A stretch of DNA of 32,000 bases from Caedibacter taeniospiralis (GCF_002803295.2 NZ_PGGB02000010.1:13457-45456); one strand, 5' to 3'. Shown: positions 1 to 8,639, counted from the stretch's first letter. A program made the numbers and translations. The notes: generated by a model not told the origin, from the letters alone.

Positions 1-1747
1 GCTTCTCTGGCGCTGTTAGGATAGATGTTTTTGCTTTTGCTATCAGGTGTTCTAATTCATTTTGACGTGCCTGCTTCATTATCTTATCTAACATTGCCAT
101 TAATTCATCAATAAGTTGTTCTGCTTCAAGCTCAATCTGCAGTTGTAAAAGCTGGTAGAAATAGGTTTTAAACAACTCATACTTTTCAATCAGCATCTGC
201 ACTAGCAAGGCAGAAGACAGCCCGTCATTTTGCCTGATTATATTCAAAGCATCAAGCAAAATAAAATGCTGTTCGGTGACGCACTCAAACTCTATTTCTA
301 TAGCTTGTTGCAACACTACTTTATGCACTTCTTGCGGCATATTCATCATGTACGCCAGTGCTCTTTCGACCAGGCTTAGTTTATTTATATTCAACTGCCC
401 GCATTTTGGTAGCATTTTTGATGAAGCATTCCTATCTGTAGACGCTTTTTGCTTTATCATTCGCTGTAATTGCAATGATGAGATATCTATTGCCTTGGCA
501 AGCTGCTCTATTATCATCAGAGTGTAGGCACTTTCTGGCATGTTCTTTAAAATGCGTCTGGTTTCCTCTATCAATTGAGCCAGGCTATCCGCGCTGCTTA
601 AATCATATTTGGTCACTAAATTATGGACAAAAAAATCTGCTGCACTAAGCGCAGTTTCCAAAGATTTTGTAAAGCCTCCTAAGCCAAACACTTTGATATA
701 TGAATCTGGATCATGTTCTTGTGGTAGCAATAGAAAACGTGCTTTCTTATGTTCATTCAGTAGTGGCAATACCATTTCAAATGCTCGCAAGGCCGCGTTT
801 TGTCCTGCATTATCTCCATCAAAGCACAACACAATCTCTGAGGTGTGACGAAATAAGGTTTTAATATGAGTTTCAGACAATGCAGTTCCTAAAGTAGCCA
901 CAGCCATGGTATATCCATGTTGATAAAGACCGATCACATCCATATACCCCTCAACCACCATGATATGTGAAGGGTTTTTGTGTTGCTGTTTTAACTCATA
1001 TAAGCCATATAACTCGTGACTTTTAAAAAATACGGGTGTCTCTGGCGAATTTAAGTATTTAGGATTTGCGTCTTTATTGGGTAATACTCGCCCACCAAAA
1101 CCAATCACAAGTCCTTTACGATTACGAATTGGAAACATTAAACGCTCACGAAAGCGATCATATACGCGTGTTTTGTCTTTGCAAATAACCAAACCCGCCT
1201 GATCTAAAACTTCCAGTGAAAACTGTTTTCTCAACACCTCATACAACGCCTGCCACTGATTTGGGGCATAACCCAGCTGAAAATATTTGATCGTTTTTGC
1301 TTCCAAGGCGCGCGCTTTTATATAATCAATAACGGCTGCTTTGTCGATATCATGACGCAAACACCATTGGTAATATTTATTTGCCATTTGCAAGGCTTCA
1401 TATATCGATTTCGTTAGTTTCTCCTGCGATAAGTCCCTCTTGGCGTTCTCATAGGGGACTTCAAGCCCTTGCATATACGCCAGCTCTTCAATCGCTTCGA
1501 CAAAGGTTAAACTATTGTAATCCGACAGGAAATCAATGACATCACCCGAAACATGGCAGCCGAAACAGTGGTACATTTGTTTGTCTGGATTTACTGAGAA
1601 TGAAGGCGTTTTTTCATGATGAAAAGGGCAACACGCCATATAATTCTTGCCAGTTTTTTTAAGCGTCACATATTTTGAAACAACTTCAACAATATTTGTG
1701 GACGCCACGACCTGACGCACAAAAGTTACGGGAATACTTCCCCTCAT
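1..1747 (-). CDS. dnaG: DNA primase DnaG; the C-terminal end runs off the left edge of the window
   Basis: Absent from the ORF track because it is open-ended. Reverse-strand translation from the ATG at 1747 gives MRGSIPVTFVRQVV...CCPFHHEKTPSFSVNPDKQMYHCFGCHVSGD (CHC2 zinc finger), HIMVVEGYMDVIGL and VLCFDGDNAGQNAA (TOPRIM). The spot-checked N-terminal, TOPRIM-region and window-edge segments are in frame without stops, and no complete minus-strand ORF is listed for 1-1747. It lies downstream of rpsU-yqeY. Confidence 0.93.
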   Translation of the reverse strand, partial: MRGSIPVTFVRQVVASTNIVEVVSKYVTLKKTGKNYMACCPFHHEKTPSFSVNPDKQMYHCFGCHVSGDVIDFLSDYNSLTFVEAIEELAYMQGLEVPYENAKRDLSQEKLTKSIYEALQMANKYYQWCLRHDIDKAAVIDYIKARALEAKTIKYFQLGYAPNQWQALYEVLRKQFSLEVLDQAGLVICKDKTRVYDRFRERLMFPIRNRKGLVIGFGGRVLPNKDANPKYLNSPETPVFFKSHELYGLYELKQQHKNPSHIMVVEGYMDVIGLYQHGYTMAVATLGTALSETHIKTLFRHTSEIVLCFDGDNAGQNAALRAFEMVLPLLNEHKKARFLLLPQEHDPDSYIKVFGLGGFTKSLETALSAADFFVHNLVTKYDLSSADSLAQLIEETRRILKNMPESAYTLMIIEQLAKAIDISSLQLQRMIKQKASTDRNASSKMLPKCGQLNINKLSLVERALAYMMNMPQEVHKVVLQQAIEIEFECVTEQHFILLDALNIIRQNDGLSSALLVQMLIEKYELFKTYFYQLLQLQIELEAEQLIDELMAMLDKIMKQARQNELEHLIAKAKTSILTAPEK

Positions 1748-1756
1748 GACGACCTG

Positions 1757-2203
1757 TTAGGATAACTGTGATTTGATGATTAAACCAACTTTCCCCATAT
1801 CAGCCCTACCGTTTAGTTCGGCTTTAATGGCACCCATAATTTTACCCATGTCTTTAACTGATGACGCGCCCACCTCTAAAATAGCGCGTTGGATAATCCC
1901 AATAATTTCATCTTCTGATAAGGGTTTTGGTAAATAAACCTGTAAAATTTCTATTTCTTCCAGCTCTTTTTGTGCAAGCTCATCTCGACCTGCCCGTTTA
2001 AATTGCTCAGCCGAATCCTTCCTTTGCTTGATCATTTTTGTCAGAATGCCGATAACATCTGCCTCTGTTACTTCGACACGCTCATCAACCTCTTTCTGCT
2101 TAAACGCAGCTAACGCCATACGAATAGTCGATAGACGATTTTTGTCTTTGTTCTTCATTGAGGTCTTCATATCTTCAACAAGACGTATACGTATTTCAGA
2201 CAT
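1757..2203 (-). CDS. GatB/YqeY domain protein
   Basis: 148-aa ORF. The N-terminal RIRLVEDMKTSMKNKDKNRLSTIRMALAAFKQKEVD pattern is typical of the YqeY family. It lies between rpsU and dnaG, and its stop is 9 nt before the dnaG start. Confidence 0.85.
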   Translation of the reverse strand: MSEIRIRLVEDMKTSMKNKDKNRLSTIRMALAAFKQKEVDERVEVTEADVIGILTKMIKQRKDSAEQFKRAGRDELAQKELEEIEILQVYLPKPLSEDEIIGIIQRAILEVGASSVKDMGKIMGAIKAELNGRADMGKVGLIIKSQLS

Positions 2204-2268
2204 TTATTAATCCTAACACTTTGATTTGGTGAGTTTATTTTTTCATACACTTAACTACTACTGCAAAT

Positions 2269-2360
2269 TAGGTCTTACCAGAATTTCCACCCATTTTTGC
2301 AAGGGCGTATACAATACGCCCCTCCGCACCATCTGTCGTGGGCGGAGATATTATCGTTAC
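2269..2360. mobile_element. MITE-like element, family B copy 1 (TIR - GGGCGTAT/ATACGCCC hairpin - TIR) with an 8-bp direct-repeat flank
   Basis: Ends are ggtcttaccagaatttccaccca (2271-2293) and tgggcggagatattatcgttac(c) (2339-2361), which are inverted copies of a 23-nt motif. Central hairpin gggcgtatacaatacgccc. CTGCAAAT is present at 2261-2268 and again at 2361-2368. Related to copies at 16168-16260 and 31719-31795. Confidence 0.7.
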
Positions 2361-2446
2361 CTGCAAATATGGCATCCATAAATGCAACAGCCAACTATAC
2401 CACAGAAGCATAGCTGGCTGGCTGATTTGCAACAATCTTTTTGGTT

Positions 2447-2656
2447 CTAGTGGTGAGGCATTGCTGAACCTGAACGCGATTGCTTCATTGAGCGCTTAAC
2501 CGCTGCTGCTTTCTTGCGTTTGCGCTCCCATGTCGGCTTCTCATAAAATTCTCTGCTACGAAGCTCAGAAACAATTCCCGCTTTCTCACAACTACGCTTA
2601 AAACGGCGGAGCGCAACATCGAAAGGCTCTGTTTCTCTTACACGTACTGCTGGCAT
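2447..2656 (-). CDS. rpsU: 30S ribosomal protein S21
   Basis: [55 protein letters not shown] is near-identical in pattern to enterobacterial S21. Start moved to the internal ATG at 2656, which has a GAGGTGA Shine-Dalgarno upstream. Confidence 0.93.
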   Translation of the reverse strand: MPAVRVRETEPFDVALRRFKRSCEKAGIVSELRSREFYEKPTWERKRKKAAAVKRSMKQSRSGSAMPHH

Positions 2657-2950
2657 ATATCTCACCTCGCTTAAATGCCATTAAAACATCAACAACTCTA
2701 TTTGTAAGGTCTAAATAAACAGGCTTACCTGCCACTTTAGTCCTAAAAATCAAACGCGCCAAGTCTACAAACTTTCCCTCCAAAAAGCAAATGCGTTTTG
2801 CTGAAATTTGCTCCAAAAATAATAGGCTTGGCAGGATTCCCACTCATAAATCTGTTGCAGCTTTTGATTAGGTAGCACATAATGCTGACGGCAATGACCA
2901 TGTCATGGTCTTTGACTCTCTTGTGTTAATTGGCGAAGTGGCTAAATATT

Positions 2951-3397
2951 ATGATCCAAAGCGAAACTAAAAATCAGCTCATCATCGCAGATGAGCATGC
3001 GATGCTTGAACTTGGTAAAAAAATCAGCAAATCTCTCAAAAAAGGCGGTGTTATCTATCTTTATGGAGATCTAGGCGCTGGCAAAACTACACTTACCAAA
3101 GGTATTTTACAAGGTTTTGGGTTTACAGGGAGTGTCAAAAGCCCTACTTACACACTGATTGAAACTTATCCGATTAATGGCACCATCTTGCAGCACTTTG
3201 ATTTGTATCGGTTAAGTGATCCAGAGGAGCTTGAATGGATTGGCATTCGTGACTACTTCAACGGCGACAGCATTTCGCTGATTGAGTGGCCACAAAAGGG
3301 TGGCGACTTTCTGCCCCCCCCCACCAGGGAAATTCACATTGCGTACACAGGTACAGGTCGTTCTGTCACCATACTACCTCTTGGGCTGACATTTTAA
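2951..3397 (+). CDS. tsaE: tRNA t6A37 biosynthesis ATPase TsaE (YjeE)
   Basis: P-loop GDLGAGKTTLTKG followed by SPTYTLIETY and HFDLYRL, and about 150 aa in size. The ATG at 2951 is preferred over the TTG at 2930 used by the track. Confidence 0.85.
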   Translation: MIQSETKNQLIIADEHAMLELGKKISKSLKKGGVIYLYGDLGAGKTTLTKGILQGFGFTGSVKSPTYTLIETYPINGTILQHFDLYRLSDPEELEWIGIRDYFNGDSISLIEWPQKGGDFLPPPTREIHIAYTGTGRSVTILPLGLTF

Positions 3398-3413
3398 AAA
3401 CCAGATCATCGAT

Positions 3414-6400
3414 TTACAAGAGGTGAATATAGGGGATCAATGGGAAATACAAGGATACCTTGATGTGTGTCTTGTTTATTTGAAGATGTGTTGCCAGTAA
3501 GGTTTGATAGGTCTTTAGCTGTTCGCTGTAGTGAGTCTCTTGCACTTTAAGAAAATCTTCTAATGTCTCTCCGAAGGCAGGTGATGTAAATTTGTAGTCC
3601 ACAATATGGTACTGGTTATTGTCAACAATGATTCTATCGGCAATATTTTTCTTCAGTTTGCCAAAGTTTAAACTTAGCATCATTTGTTCACTCATGCCCG
3701 TGGCAGAAAATATCCAGGGATAATGCTGTTGTGTGTATTCAACAGCGAGCCTGGCGTCGTTTAGAGCTTTAATTTTAAGCGTACCTGAAAGCGCATATTC
3801 ATGGGCACAGAGTGAGAAATATGCTTGCCAGTCACCGATGTGATCAGGATTACGGCATAGATAGTTAAATAATTGGTGAAGCACTGATCCCATCTGGCGA
3901 TCTTCACTTACTATCAACTCATTCATATCAGGATGATTAAGCTCATCTTGCAACATCATGGAAGGGAAGATGTCTGTCAAGGAAATGGAGTAGTGACTCA
4001 CTTGTTTGATGGGTTTATAGCAGGCGAGTCTTTCTACCTTATCTTGTAATAATTGCTGAGATTGAGTTTCATGTGGCGCAGTCTTCCAGGGAAAGTTTAA
4101 AGGTTGAAGTAATGCAAGTAGACTATTGTTTTTAGCAGTGAGCTGATCGCTGTTATTTTCAGTAATCGCGGTAAGAAGAAGCTTTGATTTTGCGCGTGTG
4201 ACCGCTACGTAGAGAAGGCGCTGCTGTTCATAGGCAGCACGCTTCTTTTGCATATTTTGAATGACTTGATAAAGGGCGGGGGCTGATTTATCCCAGCTGT
4301 GTTTGATAGGACTCAATAACAAATGTATCTTGTGATCATTTAAGCGCACGCTTTCGTGTAGAAATAATGGGTTTTCATCGCCTTTGCTGCCCTTATCCAG
4401 CTGCGGGAGAATCACAAAATCAAACTCAAGCCCCTTGGCCTTATGAATGGTCATAATAGAAACCTGGGCTTGTGAGGGGATACTGATATATTTTCGTTTC
4501 AAGGTATCAATTAAACGATCCATATTGGCAATCGAAGTCTTATCAGGAGTTAAATGCCCATCTAGCAAAGCCAAAAAGCTGGTGTACAGGCTTTTTTGCG
4601 CGCCATGAATATTCATTCCATCCAGCCTTTGCCATAAGATGCTTAAGCGGTCAATTAATGATCCACGCAAACTGGTAAACGGCATATTCATTAGCCACTG
4701 TAAAAAATGATGGGCTTTTTGTTGGTGAGCATGAGTCTGATGATGACAAAGATAAGTCAGGAGTTGCTGGCAAAATGAAATATCCTCCCGCCCGCACATG
4801 GATATTTTTTTAACCGAAGTTTCGCACTTTTGCAAATTTACACGTTTAAGAAACACCCCGTCAGCCTGCGGCTGCCACCCCTCTACAAGAGGGGAATCTT
4901 TTGATGGCTTTCTATCAAATTCCCCTTCATTTGTGAAGGGGTGGACGCAAAGCGGACGGGGTAGTTCAGCAAGCAGTGCATAATCCGAGCTTTTTATGCG
5001 ATTCAATTCATTTAAACTAAATCCAAATAAGGATGATTGTAATAAGCTTATCCAGTAAATCTCTTGTTCAGGATTAGTTAAAATCGCCGCAAGAGAGACA
5101 AGATCCATAACCATTGGCTGGTGATAAAAAGGCTCAATCTCGTTTTCAACGAGTCTGATTTGATGCGCTTTTAGAATGGGGATCATCGTTTTAAGCTGTG
5201 TTCGTGTACGCACCAAGATAGCGATATGATGCTTGGAGTGCTCTTGCAGATAATGTTTAATCTTATGAGCGATATAATGCGCCTCGTCTTGAGCGTCACT
5301 AAAGAGTGAAAAACTTACTGCTTCTTGATTATCAGTTTCAGACAGTGTGCTTGCGTAAGCATAACTAATACCTCCATAGTTCATATCATCTTCAGCAGGA
5401 AAAATCTGACTGAAGCTTTTATTCACCCAATCAACGATGCTTTTTTGCGAACGAAAATTACAATGAAGTTGCAAAAATTTGGGTTTAATTTGGTTAATAC
5501 CTTGAGATTTAACTTCTAAAAACTGATTCACTTCCGCTTGACGAAAGCGGTAAATAGATTGCATAGGGTCTCCGACAACAAACAGTGTTTTACCATCGTC
5601 AGACTGCCATTCCAAAGTTAGCATTTGCAGTAATTTAAATTGTAAAATTGAGGTATCCTGGAACTCATCAATGAGTAAATGCCTGATCTGATGATCCAGA
5701 TAAAGCATAAGCTCTGTTGGACTGTCTTCATTACCTAATGCCGACAAAGCCTGGAGTGATACTTCATTAAAATCAAGCAAGCCCTGCTGTTTGAAAACAA
5801 GCTTAAGATATTGCACTAAACGCAAGCTGATTTGAGTGATCGCCTTGAGTATTTGCCACTCGTTATCATCAAAGATAAGCTTTTCATAGAGTACAAGCTC
5901 AGAAATAACCGCATAAATCCTGAGCTTGTCTTTATCGCTAAACTGTTCAATGTAGGTAAGGAGCCATTTTTTATGTGCCTCGGCAGTTGGGTCTTTGGCG
6001 GGCAGTCCCTGTCTGGCATTAAAAGTCTTTCGAAACTGAAGCTCACTTGTAAACAGTAGCTGAATGAGTCGTTGCCAAAAATAAGGATGATTGCGGTTAT
6101 CCTCAAACGATTGAATTAAATTTTCATCAGTGGACTGATTAGAGTCTTGATGATCACAAAATGCAATAATCTGCCCAAGCCTTTCACTATAAGTCTTTTG
6201 GTCCAAACAAAGCAGATGCGTGGCTTTCTGGCATAATGCTCTAAAAAGCGCCAAAAAGCCTGATTCAATCGTTGACCTGGTATTAGTATCCTTTTGGTAA
6301 AGGAGTTCGGATTGCAATAAAACCGGTAGCCACTGTTCACGAGTTGACAGTAGATTGGTAAATAGTTGTTTGACATTACTGATATTGTTATCAAGATGAA

Positions 6401-6956
6401 GCAACAGTTGATAAAAATCCTGATAATAAGGACTCGTATCCGTTGTGTCAGCAATGAGTTGATCAATGGCTTTTTCATACAAAAGCTCTGGCGAGTCAGT
6501 CACTTCGGCGCTAAATGCTTCACCCGTTTCAAAAACAAGCTGTTTTGATAAGAGCTGACAAAAGGCGTCGATGGTTGTGATGCGTAATCTCTTGGGGTTA
6601 TTGAGAATTTGCCAATGTTTCATCTGACTTTGTTTGAGTGCTGCTTGTGCAAGCTCAAAGGTCAGTTTTTTATGTGACTCATCGGAGGCGCGCGTGCTTT
6701 TTGCATCCATAAGCGCCTCATAAATTCGATGGTGCATTTCATTGGCCGCTTTATTGGTAAAGGTTAGCGCGATAATTTCTTCAGGTGCATCGGCATGTGC
6801 CAACAGGTTTAAGTAACGCTGTGTCAGAGTTTCTGTTTTGCCAGAACCAGCGGGTGCTTGAACGATAAAAGATCGACGGGGGTCTAACGCTTGCTTACGC
6901 GCGTGAGCATCATCAGGGATCATGGATAAGGCTGCATTTATTACACTAGCCAACAT
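3414..6956 (-). CDS. AddA/RecB-like UvrD-family helicase fused to a C-terminal PD-(D/E)XK nuclease
   Basis: 1180 aa. Walker A QAPAGSGKT, motif II LLIDEFQDTS, motif III VGDPMQSIYRFRQA, motif IV-like AILVRTRTQ, motif V TIHKAKGLEFD, motif VI YVAVTRAKSKL, and a C-terminal nuclease motif ADRIIVD...HIVDYKF. Contains an in-frame repeat insertion at 4818-4984. Confidence 0.85.
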   Translation of the reverse strand: MLASVINAALSMIPDDAHARKQALDPRRSFIVQAPAGSGKTETLTQRYLNLLAHADAPEEIIALTFTNKAANEMHHRIYEALMDAKSTRASDESHKKLTFELAQAALKQSQMKHWQILNNPKRLRITTIDAFCQLLSKQLVFETGEAFSAEVTDSPELLYEKAIDQLIADTTDTSPYYQDFYQLLLHLDNNISNVKQLFTNLLSTREQWLPVLLQSELLYQKDTNTRSTIESGFLALFRALCQKATHLLCLDQKTYSERLGQIIAFCDHQDSNQSTDENLIQSFEDNRNHPYFWQRLIQLLFTSELQFRKTFNARQGLPAKDPTAEAHKKWLLTYIEQFSDKDKLRIYAVISELVLYEKLIFDDNEWQILKAITQISLRLVQYLKLVFKQQGLLDFNEVSLQALSALGNEDSPTELMLYLDHQIRHLLIDEFQDTSILQFKLLQMLTLEWQSDDGKTLFVVGDPMQSIYRFRQAEVNQFLEVKSQGINQIKPKFLQLHCNFRSQKSIVDWVNKSFSQIFPAEDDMNYGGISYAYASTLSETDNQEAVSFSLFSDAQDEAHYIAHKIKHYLQEHSKHHIAILVRTRTQLKTMIPILKAHQIRLVENEIEPFYHQPMVMDLVSLAAILTNPEQEIYWISLLQSSLFGFSLNELNRIKSSDYALLAELPRPLCVHPFTNEGEFDRKPSKDSPLVEGWQPQADGVFLKRVNLQKCETSVKKISMCGREDISFCQQLLTYLCHHQTHAHQQKAHHFLQWLMNMPFTSLRGSLIDRLSILWQRLDGMNIHGAQKSLYTSFLALLDGHLTPDKTSIANMDRLIDTLKRKYISIPSQAQVSIMTIHKAKGLEFDFVILPQLDKGSKGDENPLFLHESVRLNDHKIHLLLSPIKHSWDKSAPALYQVIQNMQKKRAAYEQQRLLYVAVTRAKSKLLLTAITENNSDQLTAKNNSLLALLQPLNFPWKTAPHETQSQQLLQDKVERLACYKPIKQVSHYSISLTDIFPSMMLQDELNHPDMNELIVSEDRQMGSVLHQLFNYLCRNPDHIGDWQAYFSLCAHEYALSGTLKIKALNDARLAVEYTQQHYPWIFSATGMSEQMMLSLNFGKLKKNIADRIIVDNNQYHIVDYKFTSPAFGETLEDFLKVQETHYSEQLKTYQTLLATHLQINKTHIKVSLYFPLIPYIHLL
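4818..4984. repeat. Palindromic element, family A copy 2, embedded in frame in the helicase-nuclease CDS
   Basis: Core 4854-4964 aligns with 11978-12087. Both share ..ccccgtcagcctgcggctgccacccc.., two internal hairpins and a closing cggggtag. Outer arms agtttcgcacttttgcaa (4818-4835) and its degenerate complement (4968-4984) resemble the arms of the 8524-8621 element. Confidence 0.75.
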
Positions 6957-6975
6957 CCTAGCGGATTCTCGCTAT

Positions 6976-7146
6976 CTATTCATTATTATTGCCGCATTCG
7001 TTTTTTAAATGGCGAATTTTCTCGACAGGAATCTGTAATGTCTTGGCAACCACAGAGATCGGCACGCCCATCTTAAGCATGGTCTCAGCTTCGCTTAACA
7101 GTGCGTCTTGTGCTGCATCGTTGTTATCTGTTTGATTGGATTCCAT
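6976..7146 (-). CDS. Small 56-aa hypothetical protein with a helix-turn-helix-like segment (not in the ORF track, which appears not to list ORFs shorter than about 60 aa)
   Basis: ATG at 7146 preceded by AAGGAG with a 9-nt spacer; TAG at 6976-6978. Translation: MESNQTDNNDAAQDALLSEAETMLKMGVPISVVAKTLQIPVEKIRHLKNECGNNNE. GVPISVVAKTLQIPVEKIRHL looks like an HTH. No homolog recognised. Confidence 0.5.
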   Translation of the reverse strand: MESNQTDNNDAAQDALLSEAETMLKMGVPISVVAKTLQIPVEKIRHLKNECGNNNE

Positions 7147-7168
7147 TTTAGCTTTCTCCTTACCTTAG

Positions 7169-7220
7169 AAACTCACTTTATCGTAGCTAAAAACTCACTC
7201 AGATGCTAATGGTTTTCACT
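7169..7220 (-). promoter_or_regulatory. Three phased direct repeats (plus-strand AAACTCACT / AAACTCACT / TTTTCACT) upstream of the small HTH ORF
   Basis: The TCACT cores at 7173-7177, 7195-7199 and 7216-7220 are spaced 22 and 21 bp apart, about two helical turns. They lie between the rsmB stop and the small ORF start. Confidence 0.25.
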
Positions 7221-8500
7221 CAAATTTTACCTGTTTTTTGTAACAGGCAATAATAAAAACCATCACCGCCATTTGGTTGTGGCAGGATCTGGTAACCATA
7301 TTTTTGCTTGATCGTTTTTGCAAGTAATGGAATATCAAGTGCCTGAAAATATGGATGGGCATCTAGAAATTGTGTGATCTGTTTTTCGTTCTCTTCGGGC
7401 AAGATAGAACAGGTTGCGTACAGTAACAATCCATCTGGTTTTAACTGAGAGGCTAAATTGTCAAGTATTCGTCCTTGAAGGTTGGCAATTTCTTTTACTT
7501 CTTCAGGAGTGCGTAATACCTTAATATCAGGATTGCGGCGTATCACTCCCGTAGCACTACAAGGCGCATCCAGTAAAATCTTATCAAATTGAAGTTCTGG
7601 GTCTAACTGCCCCGTAGCATCTTGAATAAGCAAATGAATATTGAGTTTATCCAGTTTCAGACGAATAAGGTTTTCTTTGATGCGCTCAAAGCGCTTAGCA
7701 TTATTATCCATAATGCTAAGCTCAATCTCAGGGCAAAGCTCCAATAAATGCGTGCTTTTACCACCAGGAGCCGCACAGGCGTCAAGGATTTTTTCGGAGG
7801 GTTTTGGCTGTAAAATATGAGCCGCAAGCTGCGCTGAGGCATCCTGGACACTAAAGCACCCTGCAGCAAAAAACGGAAGCTCACTGATGTTTTGTGTTTC
7901 AGCCAAGCAAATGCAATAAGGTACCTCCGTGAGTCTATACTGGATATTTTTTTGTTTAAAAGCACCACTAAGTTCAGTCTGGCTTCTCTGTTGATTCAAG
8001 CGTAAAAAAATAGGAGGCTGACGATTACTATTTTGCGTAATTGCATTGATCTCAAGTGGGTAGTGCTTCTTTAACTTTCCATACAACCAGTCGGGTAACT
8101 CCTGGAAACTCTCGATGTCAGGTAAGTTCTGCTCATGTGCAATCTTACGTAAAAGCGCATTAATAAATGTTCTCGTGTTACCAAGGTTAAGTTCATTACA
8201 GGCATTAACGGTTTCATTAATCGCGGCATGTATTGGCTTGCGCATAAAGAGAATCTGGTATATTCCAATGAGTGCCAGCACACGCACCTGTGCTTTGGTT
8301 TTCCCTTTTGCCCATTGATCAAAAAGGTGGTTAAGATAGAAAAAATGGCGAAAAACTCCATAACATATGGCATAGACTAAGCGGCGATTTTGCTCACTTA
8401 AGGAATAGGCGTTTAAGCGAGTATCAAGATGTGCCAAAGAGTCTTTGTTTTGCATGATCTGATGAATGATATGGCAAGCAATAGCGCGTGGATTTTCCAT
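7220..8500 (-). CDS. rsmB: 16S rRNA (cytosine967-C5)-methyltransferase RsmB/Sun
   Basis: 426 aa. N-terminal NusB-like region, SAM-binding LDACAAPGGKSTH, catalytic DAPCSATGV and LLYATCS motifs. Confidence 0.9.
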   Translation of the reverse strand: MENPRAIACHIIHQIMQNKDSLAHLDTRLNAYSLSEQNRRLVYAICYGVFRHFFYLNHLFDQWAKGKTKAQVRVLALIGIYQILFMRKPIHAAINETVNACNELNLGNTRTFINALLRKIAHEQNLPDIESFQELPDWLYGKLKKHYPLEINAITQNSNRQPPIFLRLNQQRSQTELSGAFKQKNIQYRLTEVPYCICLAETQNISELPFFAAGCFSVQDASAQLAAHILQPKPSEKILDACAAPGGKSTHLLELCPEIELSIMDNNAKRFERIKENLIRLKLDKLNIHLLIQDATGQLDPELQFDKILLDAPCSATGVIRRNPDIKVLRTPEEVKEIANLQGRILDNLASQLKPDGLLLYATCSILPEENEKQITQFLDAHPYFQALDIPLLAKTIKQKYGYQILPQPNGGDGFYYCLLQKTGKI

Positions 8501-8523
8501 GAGTTATTATCCATTATTACTGG

Positions 8524-8621
8524 AGTTACGCACTTTTGCTGCACTACCCCCACCTCGCTTGCCTGACCACTACTGGAGTGGTCAGGCGGGGTAGTTAAAA
8601 AATCAGTAAAAGTACGTAACT
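8524..8621. repeat. Nested palindromic REP-like element (R1)
   Basis: Outer arms agttacgcacttttgctg (8524-8541) and cagtaaaagtacgtaact (8604-8621) are complementary at 16 of 18 positions. Inner hairpin cctgaccact-actgg-agtggtcagg (8562-8586) is enclosed by ctaccccc...cggggtag. Lies in the suhB-rsmB spacer. Confidence 0.7.
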
Positions 8622-8639
8622 TCAGATTGTTAGAAAAAG

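Noticed and set aside
276-848. Two plus-strand ORFs (83 and 79 aa) at the left end
   Set aside because: They lie antisense to an uninterrupted DnaG reading frame with clear primase motifs. Their composition is low-complexity and Cys/Ser-rich, as expected for antisense translation.
5816-6548. Several 60-120-aa ORFs on both strands within the helicase-nuclease gene, and similar nested ORFs inside rsmB, pheT, glgC, rho and others
   Set aside because: All are nested in or antisense to long ORFs with clear family motifs. They have no independent support.
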